From: an uncultured archaeon
Lineage (GTDB): Archaea; Asgardarchaeota; Lokiarchaeia; Sigyniarchaeales; SOKP01
NCBI GenBank assembly: GCA_964632315.1
Contig: CAZWEM010000010.1
Coordinates: 1-64,000 of the forward strand
Length of the DNA stretch: 64,000 nucleotides
Reading direction: 5' to 3'
The notes under the pieces: generated by a model
What the model saw: only the letters and a program-made list of their open reading frames with translations
What the model was told of the DNA's origin: nothing
Database searches by the model: none
In this document: in pieces, positions 39,716-49,307 of the stretch
How positions within the stretch are numbered: position 1 is the stretch's first letter
Layout: each line of letters opens with the position of its first letter
Position numbers and translations under genes: made by a program

Positions 39716-40399
39716 ATGGGTTCATTAATAGAATTTTTGAAGAGAGAAACAGCTTTAAATGCATTAGAACGATCCATTAAACATGCGAAGAAAGTCCAAG
39801 AGTGCGTTAGAGAGTTGGAAAAAGGAATAAATGCGTTGTTAAGGGAAAAAAACCCGATAAAAGCCGAAGAATTCTTTATAAAAGTTGATTCATTAGAGGG
39901 TGAAGCAGATAAGTTGAGAAGAGACATTCAAAAAGATATTTCTAGGGGAGAATTAAACCCTAGCATCAGGCAAGATTTATCACATTTAGTAAAGAGAATG
40001 GATGATGTTGCAAATTGTTGTACAGGTGTTGCTCGGCGTATAAATACTGTACCAATTGTATTTTGGGAACAAACAAGTGAAAAAACAATAGATACTGTCC
40101 TTGAAATTATGAAAACTACGGTAGAATGTGCTGATTTTTTGGATAAGATTGTTATCGATCTCTTAGGGGAACGAAAAAACATCAAAGAATATGCAAGACA
40201 GATAAATCAAAATGAACATAAAGTAGATCTGCTAAATATTAAGCTGAGAAAAAGCCTACAAGAGACAGAATATCATGTTAACTTCTTCACAATTTTTACC
40301 ATTGGAAATATTTTTGACATTTTAGAAGCAATCTCAGATTCTATTGAGGTGGTAGCTGATTATATCATGGTTTTATTGACAAGCGCAAATATTCTTTAA
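39716..40399 (+). CDS. DUF47 / TIGR00153 family protein
   Basis: LEGEADKLRR, RQDL..LVKRMDDVA, EHKVD, SDSIEVVAD. Confidence 0.9.
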   Translation: MGSLIEFLKRETALNALERSIKHAKKVQECVRELEKGINALLREKNPIKAEEFFIKVDSLEGEADKLRRDIQKDISRGELNPSIRQDLSHLVKRMDDVANCCTGVARRINTVPIVFWEQTSEKTIDTVLEIMKTTVECADFLDKIVIDLLGERKNIKEYARQINQNEHKVDLLNIKLRKSLQETEYHVNFFTIFTIGNIFDILEAISDSIEVVADYIMVLLTSANIL

Positions 40400-40493
40400 T
40401 TTCAAGTAATGCTTTTCATATTAATAAAAATAAGAATAATAACTTATCAGTGATTATTTCAATTATAATATAATTTACCTTTTTAAACTTGAA

Positions 40494-41852
40494 ATGGAGC
40501 ATAAATTCGTAAATCCAATTGAAACAAGATATAGGACTGAAATTGCTTCAATTTTTACTGAAGATAAAAAGTTAGAGAATTGGCTAAAGGTTGAAGCAGT
40601 TTTAGCCACAGTTCATGCTCAACTTGGTAATATCCCTAAGGAAGCGGCAGAAGAAATTAAATCAAAAGCTAATTTAAATTATGTCAAGCTCAAAAGAGTA
40701 AAAGAAATAGATCAAGAGATTCATCATGATTTAATGGCAATGGTGAAAGCCTTGAGTGAGAAATGTAAAGGAGATGCTGGTAAATTCGTGCATTTGGGTG
40801 CTACAAGTTATGATATTGAGGATACAGCCATTGCATTACAACTTCGAGAGGCATTATTTCATATAAAGGATTCATTAAATTCCCTATTGAGAGAACTTAT
40901 ACAAATTTTAGAAGATCGAAAGGAACTTGTTTGCATAGGACGAACTCACGGACAACATGCAATTCCTACCACATATGGCATGAGATTTGGTATATGGGCT
41001 TATGAAATAGACAGGCAACTTGACAGGTTAGAAAATGCAATTGAACGAATCTCATATGGAAAAATGTCTGGTGCTGTGGGAACAATGGCGAGTTTCGGAG
41101 AAAAAGGTATCGAGTTACAAACTCTGGTTATGAAAGAACTTGGAATCAATCCAGCATTAATTGCAAATCAAGTGATACAAAGAGACTGCCACGCTGAAGT
41201 AATATTTTTAACATCTTTAATAGGGCAGTCACTTGCAAAAATGGCACGTCAATTTCGCATTCTTCAAAGAAATGAGATAGCTGAAATTTTTGAGCCCTTT
41301 AAAGAATCCCAAGTAGGTAGTTCCACAATGCCTCACAAGAGGAATCCACATAAGTCTGAACGAATATGTAGTTTAGCTAGAGTGTTAAAATCAAATGTAA
41401 TCGTTGCTTTGGATAATGTTATATTAGAGGATGAGAGAGATTTAACAAATTCTGCTAACGAAAGGATTGTATTTGGAGAGAATTTCGTGTTATTAGATTT
41501 TATGCTGCAGCAAATGATCAATATTCTAAGAGGAGCAGTATTCGATGAAAATAAAATTGAAAAAAACCTAAATCTTACGAAAGGGGCTTGTTTATCAGAA
41601 AAAGTAATGATAGAATTGGTAAAACGGGGTATAGGAAGACAAGAAGGTCATGAAATGTTAAGAAAAGCCGCGATTAAATCAAGAACTGGTAATCGATTTA
41701 TTAAGGATATATTATTAGAAAATGATGAAATTAAAGCTAAGTTTTCTAAACAAGAAATTTCTGAACTATTAGATCCCCATAAATATATCGGTCTAGCAAT
41801 TTTACAAGTGGAAATTTTAATAGATTATCTAAAAAAGAAGTATAATCTTTGA
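40494..41852 (+). CDS. purB: Adenylosuccinate lyase
   Basis: HLGATSYDI, GRTHGQHA, GSSTMPHKRNP. Confidence 0.97.
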   Translation: MEHKFVNPIETRYRTEIASIFTEDKKLENWLKVEAVLATVHAQLGNIPKEAAEEIKSKANLNYVKLKRVKEIDQEIHHDLMAMVKALSEKCKGDAGKFVHLGATSYDIEDTAIALQLREALFHIKDSLNSLLRELIQILEDRKELVCIGRTHGQHAIPTTYGMRFGIWAYEIDRQLDRLENAIERISYGKMSGAVGTMASFGEKGIELQTLVMKELGINPALIANQVIQRDCHAEVIFLTSLIGQSLAKMARQFRILQRNEIAEIFEPFKESQVGSSTMPHKRNPHKSERICSLARVLKSNVIVALDNVILEDERDLTNSANERIVFGENFVLLDFMLQQMINILRGAVFDENKIEKNLNLTKGACLSEKVMIELVKRGIGRQEGHEMLRKAAIKSRTGNRFIKDILLENDEIKAKFSKQEISELLDPHKYIGLAILQVEILIDYLKKKYNL

Positions 41853-41854
41853 AA

Positions 41855-43045
41855 ATGTCAGAAGATGAAGATTTATATTCTAAGTTGGGAGTATCATCCA
41901 AAAAAGAAGATGTCCATAAAGCGATAAGAGATATCAACAAAGGATTATTCCCTGGAGCCTTCTGTAAAGTTGTAGAAGATGTTAGAGGGAGAAAAGATTA
42001 TTGCTCTATTTTTCATTCTGATGGTGCAGGAACAAAATCCAGTCTAGCGTATATGTACTATAAAGAAACCGGAGATATTTCAATATTTAAAGGAATTACT
42101 AGAGATGCGATGATAATGAATATTGATGATCTTTTATGTGTAGGTGCAACAGATAAATACTTTTTATCAAATAATATTGGGAGAAACCCAAAACTAATAT
42201 CAGGAGAGGTTATAGCTGAAATTATTGCTGAATATCATTCTTATAGTAGTAAATTAAAGGATTTTGGTCTAAAAATCGAAGTATGCGGAGGAGAAACCGC
42301 GGATGTAGGAGATATCGTTAAAACTCTGCTCGTTGACGCATCAATTTTTACAACTATGAAAAGGGAAGACGTGATCGATGCGAGTAATATTAAACCCGGA
42401 GATGTTATAATTGGACTTGCTAGTGACGGACAAACAACCTATGAAGAACAATATAATAGCGGAATAGGCAGTAATGGTTTGACCCTTGCTCGGCACGGAG
42501 TTTTATCTGATCAATATATTAAAAAGTACCCCGAGTGCTTTAATAACGCTATCGAAAAGAAGTACATTTTTTTTGGAAAGTATTTAATTGAGGATAAAGT
42601 CCCCGGATTAAATTTAACAATTGGTAAAGCACTTCTATCTCCAACGAGAACTTATGCTCCTGTTGTGTTAGAAATTTTGAAAGAGTATCCAAAAGATGTT
42701 CATGCAATTATCCATAACACTGGAGGAGGTCAGACGAAGGTTATAAATTTCGGAAAAGGAATAAGATTCATAAAAAATAATTTATTTAAACTCCCGAAGA
42801 TATTTGAAGTAATTCAAAATTCTTCGGAAACAAATTGGCGAGAAATGTATCAAGTCTTTAATATGGGGAACCGTTTAGAGTTATATTGTAAAGAAAATAT
42901 AGCTAAATCAATTATAGGTATATGCAGCAAATTTAAACTATATGCTAAAATAATCGGACAATGTGAAAGGTCGAATGAAGGGAATAAAAATATAGTTGAA
43001 ATTAAATCAGAATTTGGTTCATTTTCATACAGAGAAAATCAATGA
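41855..43045 (+). CDS. purM: AIR synthase (phosphoribosylformylglycinamidine cyclo-ligase)
   Basis: DGAGTK, MNIDDLLCVGA, GGETADVGD, SNGLTLARH, MYQVFNMG. Confidence 0.92.
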   Translation: MSEDEDLYSKLGVSSKKEDVHKAIRDINKGLFPGAFCKVVEDVRGRKDYCSIFHSDGAGTKSSLAYMYYKETGDISIFKGITRDAMIMNIDDLLCVGATDKYFLSNNIGRNPKLISGEVIAEIIAEYHSYSSKLKDFGLKIEVCGGETADVGDIVKTLLVDASIFTTMKREDVIDASNIKPGDVIIGLASDGQTTYEEQYNSGIGSNGLTLARHGVLSDQYIKKYPECFNNAIEKKYIFFGKYLIEDKVPGLNLTIGKALLSPTRTYAPVVLEILKEYPKDVHAIIHNTGGGQTKVINFGKGIRFIKNNLFKLPKIFEVIQNSSETNWREMYQVFNMGNRLELYCKENIAKSIIGICSKFKLYAKIIGQCERSNEGNKNIVEIKSEFGSFSYRENQ

Positions 43046-43130
43046 GATTATTTCAAGTAAAGCATTTTAAAGTTTAATAATTTATATTCTTATCACTAAT
43101 ATTAATTTATAATTAGTCAATTGATTTTTT

Positions 43131-44186
43131 ATGGCAAGAAAAGAAAGTTCCATTAAGCAATTAATTAAGCAGAGATTTTATTTTTTATTAGAAGTAATTA
43201 TCGTTTTTTTTGGTATATTCTTCTTTTTACTCCCCACGATTTTCATCCCATACAATGAGAACTTGGATGTATCATATGGAATCTATTTCTATGCATTGCG
43301 TGCGATATTAGTATTTGTAGCTATATCATTATTTCTCTACGTTGCAAATTTTGCGATGGAAAAGAGAAGAAGAACAATTATTGTAGAAAGTGATTCAAGT
43401 CCATCAAAAAATTTTAGGAATCTTTTCTCTATTAAGAAATCAAATCTTAAATATCAAATGTTGTATGGAACTTTACTACTTTTCCTTTTATTCATCCCTT
43501 TAGACTATTTTACATATCTACTTTTACCCCAGATGATCCCTTTTTCTGCAAATTCTTTACTGCTCAATGTAACGAATTCTTATCTAGGAAAATCCTATTT
43601 TGTTTTTATTATATCTGCTATTATTATTCAATTTTCAGTGGCATTTTATGAAGAAGCTATTTCAAGGGGTTTTTTAACAAACAGAGGGAATGATTATGTT
43701 CCAAAAATGTCTGCAATCATGATATCTTCGGTTTTTTTTGGAATGGGTCATTTTACTTATATTTTAAACATTGCTTCTCTTGGATATTTAATAATGTTAC
43801 CTTTAATTTGGTGTATTGAAGCAATTGTGATAGGAATCATTCTTTCAATGCTCGTTATGAGGAGGAAATGGATTTTTCCAGCAATTTTTGCTCATGCAAT
43901 AAATAATATTATTTCAGCGCATGTGATATGGAATTATTTTCAAGGTAATGGCTTTACAATACTCGCAATATTTTTTTACCCTATTTTACTTGTTATTGGA
44001 TTAATTTTATTGATTTTGAATTATTCATTAATCCGAGAAGCCTTATCATTAGGTTTTAAGGATTTAAAAGTGTATTTTAAGAATAACGCCCGCATTAAAG
44101 AACCAACTGATCATAAAATAATCCGTATAATGTTAGATATCTTATTTGGGGTCCTAATATTCATATTTGGATACTTTTTGACATAG
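43131..44186 (+). CDS. CPBP (Rce1/Abi) intramembrane metalloprotease
   Basis: EEAISRG, FGMGH, HAINN motifs; multi-TM. Confidence 0.9.
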   Translation: MARKESSIKQLIKQRFYFLLEVIIVFFGIFFFLLPTIFIPYNENLDVSYGIYFYALRAILVFVAISLFLYVANFAMEKRRRTIIVESDSSPSKNFRNLFSIKKSNLKYQMLYGTLLLFLLFIPLDYFTYLLLPQMIPFSANSLLLNVTNSYLGKSYFVFIISAIIIQFSVAFYEEAISRGFLTNRGNDYVPKMSAIMISSVFFGMGHFTYILNIASLGYLIMLPLIWCIEAIVIGIILSMLVMRRKWIFPAIFAHAINNIISAHVIWNYFQGNGFTILAIFFYPILLVIGLILLILNYSLIREALSLGFKDLKVYFKNNARIKEPTDHKIIRIMLDILFGVLIFIFGYFLT

Positions 44187-44196
44187 GAGAAAATAA

Positions 44197-44715
44197 ATGG
44201 TTGTAATTGGGATAATTTCCGATACTCACATAACTAACTTAAATTATTCGGATATAGGAGTTAAATTGATCAGTCAATTAAAAGATACTTTCAAAGATGT
44301 TAATGAAATTATCCATGCTGGGGATATCTGCTCAGAAGTCTTTTTAAATGATTTAAATGGCATCGCTCCGGTGATGTCTGTAAATAGTCAGGAAGATATA
44401 TTGGATTTAGATAGAATTATTATTTTTAAAAGAGGATTATATACAATTGGAGTTATCCATGAACAACCTAAAGATTTAGAAAAGTTTTGTAGAGAAAAAA
44501 ATCTACAGATATTAATTTTTGGGCATACTCATCAACCAATAATCAAGGGAACGAATTTTAATACATTGCTCATTAATCCTGGCAGCCCTACCAATCCTAA
44601 AGCCCCTCTATATAAACCTGGGTTTAAAATTCCTGTTCCTAAACCGACTGTGGTGATCTTGATCATCGACGAAGATAACATTCTATCCACGTATCTTATT
44701 AACTTAAAATCTTGA
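44197..44715 (+). CDS. YfcE/Vps29-like metallophosphoesterase-fold protein
   Basis: SDTH, HAGD, FGHTH, NPGS; the GNxD motif is replaced. Confidence 0.85.
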   Translation: MVVIGIISDTHITNLNYSDIGVKLISQLKDTFKDVNEIIHAGDICSEVFLNDLNGIAPVMSVNSQEDILDLDRIIIFKRGLYTIGVIHEQPKDLEKFCREKNLQILIFGHTHQPIIKGTNFNTLLINPGSPTNPKAPLYKPGFKIPVPKPTVVILIIDEDNILSTYLINLKS

Positions 44716-44841
44716 ATCTTTTAGAAATTAAAGATACTATTAGCCCCTTTAAATATTCTTTATGATAAGAAATGAGTTAAGATTAAATATTTTAAAAATA
44801 TTATAATTTATACATTTAAATGGCGAGAGTGAATATTAAAA

Positions 44842-45240
44842 TTGGTTAGTAAATTAGAGATGATTCTAAAAGAGCTCAATGATAACGGCAATTTTCGGGC
44901 TTCATTATTTTCCACATCTACTGGTCTCGTTTTAGCGTCCCAAAAAGTTGATGAAGTCGACGAGAAAGTTATTGCAGCTATGGGATCATTACTCAGTGAT
45001 GCTGCATATAAAGCTTCTGAAGAATTAGATTTATCTCAGTTAGAAAGTCTAAAGATTAGGTACCAAGAGGATTTCATTATTTGTAGAAATATCATTATGA
45101 ATGATGAGAAAACCCAATTCCTTTTGGCGGTTCTTTGCAAACCGCCTGAATCAGATGATGTAGAAAAGTATTTTTCCCAATTATTAGATTGGGCTGTTGA
45201 AAACTCTTCGCAGGATTTAGAGAAATTATCCTCTATATAA
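44842..45240 (+). CDS. Roadblock/LC7 domain protein
   Basis: S.TGLVLAS....DEKVIAAMGS.L...A Roadblock pattern. Confidence 0.82.
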   Translation: MVSKLEMILKELNDNGNFRASLFSTSTGLVLASQKVDEVDEKVIAAMGSLLSDAAYKASEELDLSQLESLKIRYQEDFIICRNIIMNDEKTQFLLAVLCKPPESDDVEKYFSQLLDWAVENSSQDLEKLSSI

Positions 45241-45342
45241 TAATTGTGTTCTTTTATGCCTTTTACCAAAAAAATGAATTAAAATCAATTATTATATATT
45301 AGAGATGTAATATTTAATACATAAGTTTTCTAAATTTCTTTT

Positions 45343-46380
45343 ATGAAAGCGGCTTACATTCTCAAACATGGAGATCTAAATAATTTAATCGTTGGAGATT
45401 TAGATCAACCAAATATTAGTGAAAAAGAAATTTTAATTGAAACCAAGTTCAGTGCTCTCAATCATATTGATCTTTTTATCATAAAAGGATGGCCAGGATT
45501 AGAATTGAAAATGCCTCATATTTTAGGGAGTGATGCGAGTGGAGTCGTGGCTGAAGTGGGTTCATCTGTAGCTACTGTTAAAAAAGGAGATAGAGTAGTG
45601 ATCAACCCAGGTTTAAGTTGTGGAACTTGTGATTTCTGCCTTTCTGGAAAACAGAACTTCTGTAAAAATTTTTCAATTATGGGAGAAAATCAATGGGGAA
45701 CCCATGCTGAGTACTTTGTATTACCCGAAGTGAATGCCATAAAACTACCTTTAGATGTGAATTATGAATCTGCAGCTGCTGCTCCTTTAACATTCTTGAC
45801 TGCTTGGAGGGCATTAAAAAGTCAAGCAAACCTTCAGAATGGAGAAACAATAGTTATTCACGGTGCAGGAGGAGGTGTATCTACTGCGGCTATACAAATA
45901 GCTAAATTTTTAGGTGCAACTGTAATTACCACAACAAGTAGTGTTAAGAAGGTTGAGATAGCAAAAAAATTGGGTGCTGATTTTGTGATTAATTATAATG
46001 AAGATCCAAATTATGATGCTTATATATATAAAAATATAATGAATCGAGAGGGCGTCGATGTTGTATTAGATAGCGTGGGTAAGCACACATTTAAAAAGAG
46101 TTTAAGATTGCTTAAACCGGGTGGTCGTATGATTATACCGGGATCTACCACTGGTCCGATGAGTGAAGTAGATCTTAGACAAATATTTTGGAAACAACTA
46201 GAAATTAAAGGCACAACAATGAGTAATCAAAGTGAATTTAGAGAGGTCATGAAACTAATCTTTAAGGCAAAGTTAAATCCAGTAATAGATAGAATTTATC
46301 CCTTGAGTGAGATCAAAGAAGCTGAAGAATACCTCCAAGAGGGAAAACAGTTTGGAAAAGTTTTACTGAAAATTAAGTAA
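45343..46380 (+). CDS. Zinc-binding MDR-family dehydrogenase
   Basis: PHILGSD, CGTCDFC...C structural Zn site, GAGGGV, FGKVLL. Confidence 0.92.
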   Translation: MKAAYILKHGDLNNLIVGDLDQPNISEKEILIETKFSALNHIDLFIIKGWPGLELKMPHILGSDASGVVAEVGSSVATVKKGDRVVINPGLSCGTCDFCLSGKQNFCKNFSIMGENQWGTHAEYFVLPEVNAIKLPLDVNYESAAAAPLTFLTAWRALKSQANLQNGETIVIHGAGGGVSTAAIQIAKFLGATVITTTSSVKKVEIAKKLGADFVINYNEDPNYDAYIYKNIMNREGVDVVLDSVGKHTFKKSLRLLKPGGRMIIPGSTTGPMSEVDLRQIFWKQLEIKGTTMSNQSEFREVMKLIFKAKLNPVIDRIYPLSEIKEAEEYLQEGKQFGKVLLKIK

Positions 46381-47051
46381 TAATTCCAAATTGGTTTCGC
46401 GTGAATTTCAATACCTTTTGCGAAATAATGGATTCAAATCCCCCGTAAAAATGGTCTGCACCCTCAATAATAAATTTTGATTTTGGTTCCATGTAAGAAT
46501 CGTAATGGAAGTCAAATCTATCAAAAGAAGCAATATTATCCTTATCTCCTTGAATAAAAAATTTAGGTTTTGTAGTTTGGGTTGATTCCTTAAATCCTTC
46601 TCCCATAAAGTCCCAAGGAAAAGATATTGCACAGAAACCTATGACTATTTCGGAATAATTGACAAGGCTACATCCAATAGCAGCTCCATACGAGTATCCA
46701 CATATTAAAATCTTATCAAAATTTTCATTAGTCAAATAATCAATGCAAGTTTTAACATCTGTTAACTCTCCATTTCCTTCATATTGTTTACCAGCTGATT
46801 TTCCTACTCCTCGAAAATTAAAACGTAGACATGAAATATTATTTGTTAGTAATTCATTAAATATGCTCGATATTACATTATTATACATATTACCCCCATA
46901 TTTTCCCTTTCCTTGAGAAAGTCAAGTGAAATTGAGGATGGGGGTGGCAAAGTAATACTATTTTATTTATTTGATTTGTCTTCTTACGAGAAATTTCAGC
47001 TTCTAAAACATTATCTTCTCCTTTAATTATTATGTTTTTAGAGTCAAGCAT
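46373..47051 (-). CDS. Alpha/beta-fold hydrolase, intron-split (exons 47051-46933 and 46901-46373; 215 aa spliced)
   Basis: Exon 1 MLDSK..LEAE..LLCHPHPQ joins exon 2 YGGNMYNNV..RFNFRGVGKS..GYSYG..QGDKD..GADHF. Confidence 0.9.
46902..46932 (-). other. Putative BHB-type intron (31 nt) in the hydrolase gene
   Basis: Central helix UCCU/GGGA, bulges CA^A and AA^A, intron stem UUUC(A)CUUGA/UCAAGGAAA; the unspliced frame stops at TAA. Confidence 0.88.
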
Positions 47052-47104
47052 AATTTTAATTAAGCATCATATAATATAATAATACTACTAAATAGCTAAT
47101 AATT

Positions 47105-47962
47105 ATGAAATTTAATCCCATTGTAATAGAGAGAAAATTAAAAGAATTTATTGAAGAAGACTGTAACTTTAGTGATGTAAGTTCAGCGACTACTATAGAT
47201 GATTTATCAAAGAGTAATGCTCATATAAAAGCAAAAAGTGAAGGATATGTTAGTGGGTTAGAGGAATTGAAAATCTTATACAATTTGTTAAAAGTATCTG
47301 TCGATCTTTTAAAAGAGGAAGGTGAAAAAGTTAAAAAAGGGGATATAATAGCAAATATAAATGGTCACACGCAATCTATTCTACTTGGAGAGAGAACGGC
47401 ATTGAACTTACTAACACATATGAGTGCAATTACTACAACCACAAGAAAATTTACTGAGATTGTCAAAGAATCGGGTAAAAATGTTAAGATCGCTTGTACT
47501 CGAAAAACACTTCCAGGCCTTAGGATCTTTGAAAAAAAAGCAGTATACTTGGGCGGAGGGGAAACTCATCGTTTTTCTTTGGATGATATGGTCTTGTTAA
47601 AGGACACTCATTTAAAGTATTATAATGGAAACGTGGAAACATTATTGAAGAGAGTGAAAGAAAAGGTAAGCTTTTCAAAAAAAATAGAAATTGAAGTGGA
47701 AAATGTCCCAGATGTTGTTACGGCAGCAAGGAATAGAGCAGATATTATTATGTTGGACAATATGAGTGCTGATGAAGTCCAAAAAGCTATTGATTTACTC
47801 AAGAAGAATAAATTGCGTGAGAATGTCATAATTGAAGTATCTGGAGGCATTTCTCTCGTTAACTTATTAGATTACGTAATTTTAGAACCAGATATAATAA
47901 GTTCAAGTGAAATTACACAGTTTCCATCAGAAAAATTAGATTTATCACTTAGATTTGGTTAA
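47105..47962 (+). CDS. nadC: Quinolinate phosphoribosyltransferase
   Basis: ERTALN, TRKTLPG, HRFSLDD, KDTH, EIEVE, IMLDN, EVSGGI. Confidence 0.96.
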   Translation: MKFNPIVIERKLKEFIEEDCNFSDVSSATTIDDLSKSNAHIKAKSEGYVSGLEELKILYNLLKVSVDLLKEEGEKVKKGDIIANINGHTQSILLGERTALNLLTHMSAITTTTRKFTEIVKESGKNVKIACTRKTLPGLRIFEKKAVYLGGGETHRFSLDDMVLLKDTHLKYYNGNVETLLKRVKEKVSFSKKIEIEVENVPDVVTAARNRADIIMLDNMSADEVQKAIDLLKKNKLRENVIIEVSGGISLVNLLDYVILEPDIISSSEITQFPSEKLDLSLRFG

Positions 47963-48351
47963 TCAATGACAATTTCATGAATTAAACAAGTGACGTCTTT
48001 TATTCTTGAGAGAGAATAATATAAATCTTTGATCATCCCAAATTCCCCAACAGTAAGTATAATTTCAATTTTTTTTTCCAAAATTCTCCAGTCTGTAATC
48101 GCTTTAATAATAGAATTGAATTGACTATAAAGTTCAGAGATTTCTTCCGCGATGTTATCTTTAAAGGGATAAACTAGGTTTATTGCCATTATTTTATAAC
48201 CCTCTAAATCTTCAAATTCTTCATGGTTTTCTATAAATTTCACAATAGAATCTCTTAATGCTTCACTCTTAGATTGAAAACCACTTTTTGATCTTATATT
48301 TTCAAATCTTTCTAATAAATCATCGCTAATCTGTAGAGAGATTATCTTCAT
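47959..48351 (-). CDS. Ribbon-helix-helix (NikR/CopG-like) regulator
   Basis: IISLQISDDLL..F.......SKSEALRD; NikR-like size, Ni-binding His residues not evident. Confidence 0.8.
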   Translation of the reverse strand: MKIISLQISDDLLERFENIRSKSGFQSKSEALRDSIVKFIENHEEFEDLEGYKIMAINLVYPFKDNIAEEISELYSQFNSIIKAITDWRILEKKIEIILTVGEFGMIKDLYYSLSRIKDVTCLIHEIVID

Positions 48352-48443
48352 TATAAAATAATTAAGGTTTATGCAAATATAAATTTTGAAATGACTATTT
48401 TTAGTTTTTAATTGAGTTAATTAGAAAAGTAAATTAATTCATT

Positions 48444-49118
48444 TCATTTTAACATTTTTCGAGGACAACTTGAAAAAAGTTGTTTGAACATTCTGTAAAA
48501 TTTATCCAAGTTTTCAATTTCTAATATGTAGGGTTCTCCAATTAAAAGACTTCCCCAATAGACTTTCGCAAGTTTTTCAACTAATTCTGCACTTTTTACA
48601 GCATTTGAGATGGATTTACCGCATACAATAACGCCATGGTTAGCCAATAAAGCAGCATTTTTATATCCCATTGCTTGTAAAGCAGCATTTGCTATATCAT
48701 CAGTATGTGCTTCGCCATATGACGAAATATCTATTGCTCCTCCTAAATAAATTATTTGTTCTTCCATAATAATAGGAATTCCTTTTCTAGAAATTGATAG
48801 CATCGATGCGTAAGTCGAATGAGTATGAATTACAGCTTGAACTTTTGGTCGAGATTTATATATTGCCACATGCAACTTCGCTTCTGTGGAGGGTAATTTT
48901 CCAGAACTTAAGGGAGTTCCATCAAACGCCATGTGCACTATCTGATCCTCGGTCAATGTGTTATATTGGTTTGCTGTGGGAGTAATAAGATATTCCTCTT
49001 TCTTTCCAACCCGAATACTGACGTTACCCTCATTATTTTCGACTAAACCTTTTGTAAAAATTGATTTGGCTCCTTCTACAACCGAATTTTTTAACTCTTT
49101 AAGTTTTTCTGATTCCAT
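48444..49118 (-). CDS. Class II aldolase/adducin family (FucA-like)
   Basis: GNVS, ITP, PSTEAKLH, HTHS, NHGV. Confidence 0.92.
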   Translation of the reverse strand: MESEKLKELKNSVVEGAKSIFTKGLVENNEGNVSIRVGKKEEYLITPTANQYNTLTEDQIVHMAFDGTPLSSGKLPSTEAKLHVAIYKSRPKVQAVIHTHSTYASMLSISRKGIPIIMEEQIIYLGGAIDISSYGEAHTDDIANAALQAMGYKNAALLANHGVIVCGKSISNAVKSAELVEKLAKVYWGSLLIGEPYILEIENLDKFYRMFKQLFSSCPRKMLK

Positions 49119-49307
49119 GGTTGAATAAATTAAAAATGGAATAAAAAGATATCATTCTCTGTAAAAACTTCCAAACCAGAAGAATCACTTTTTTGTTATA
49201 GGATCCTTAAAATTCAATTAAATTGGAAAATCTATTACGAGGTATTTTTTATAATAACCGACATAATTTTTAATAGGTGTGAAAGGTCATAATAAAATGA
49301 TAACAAC

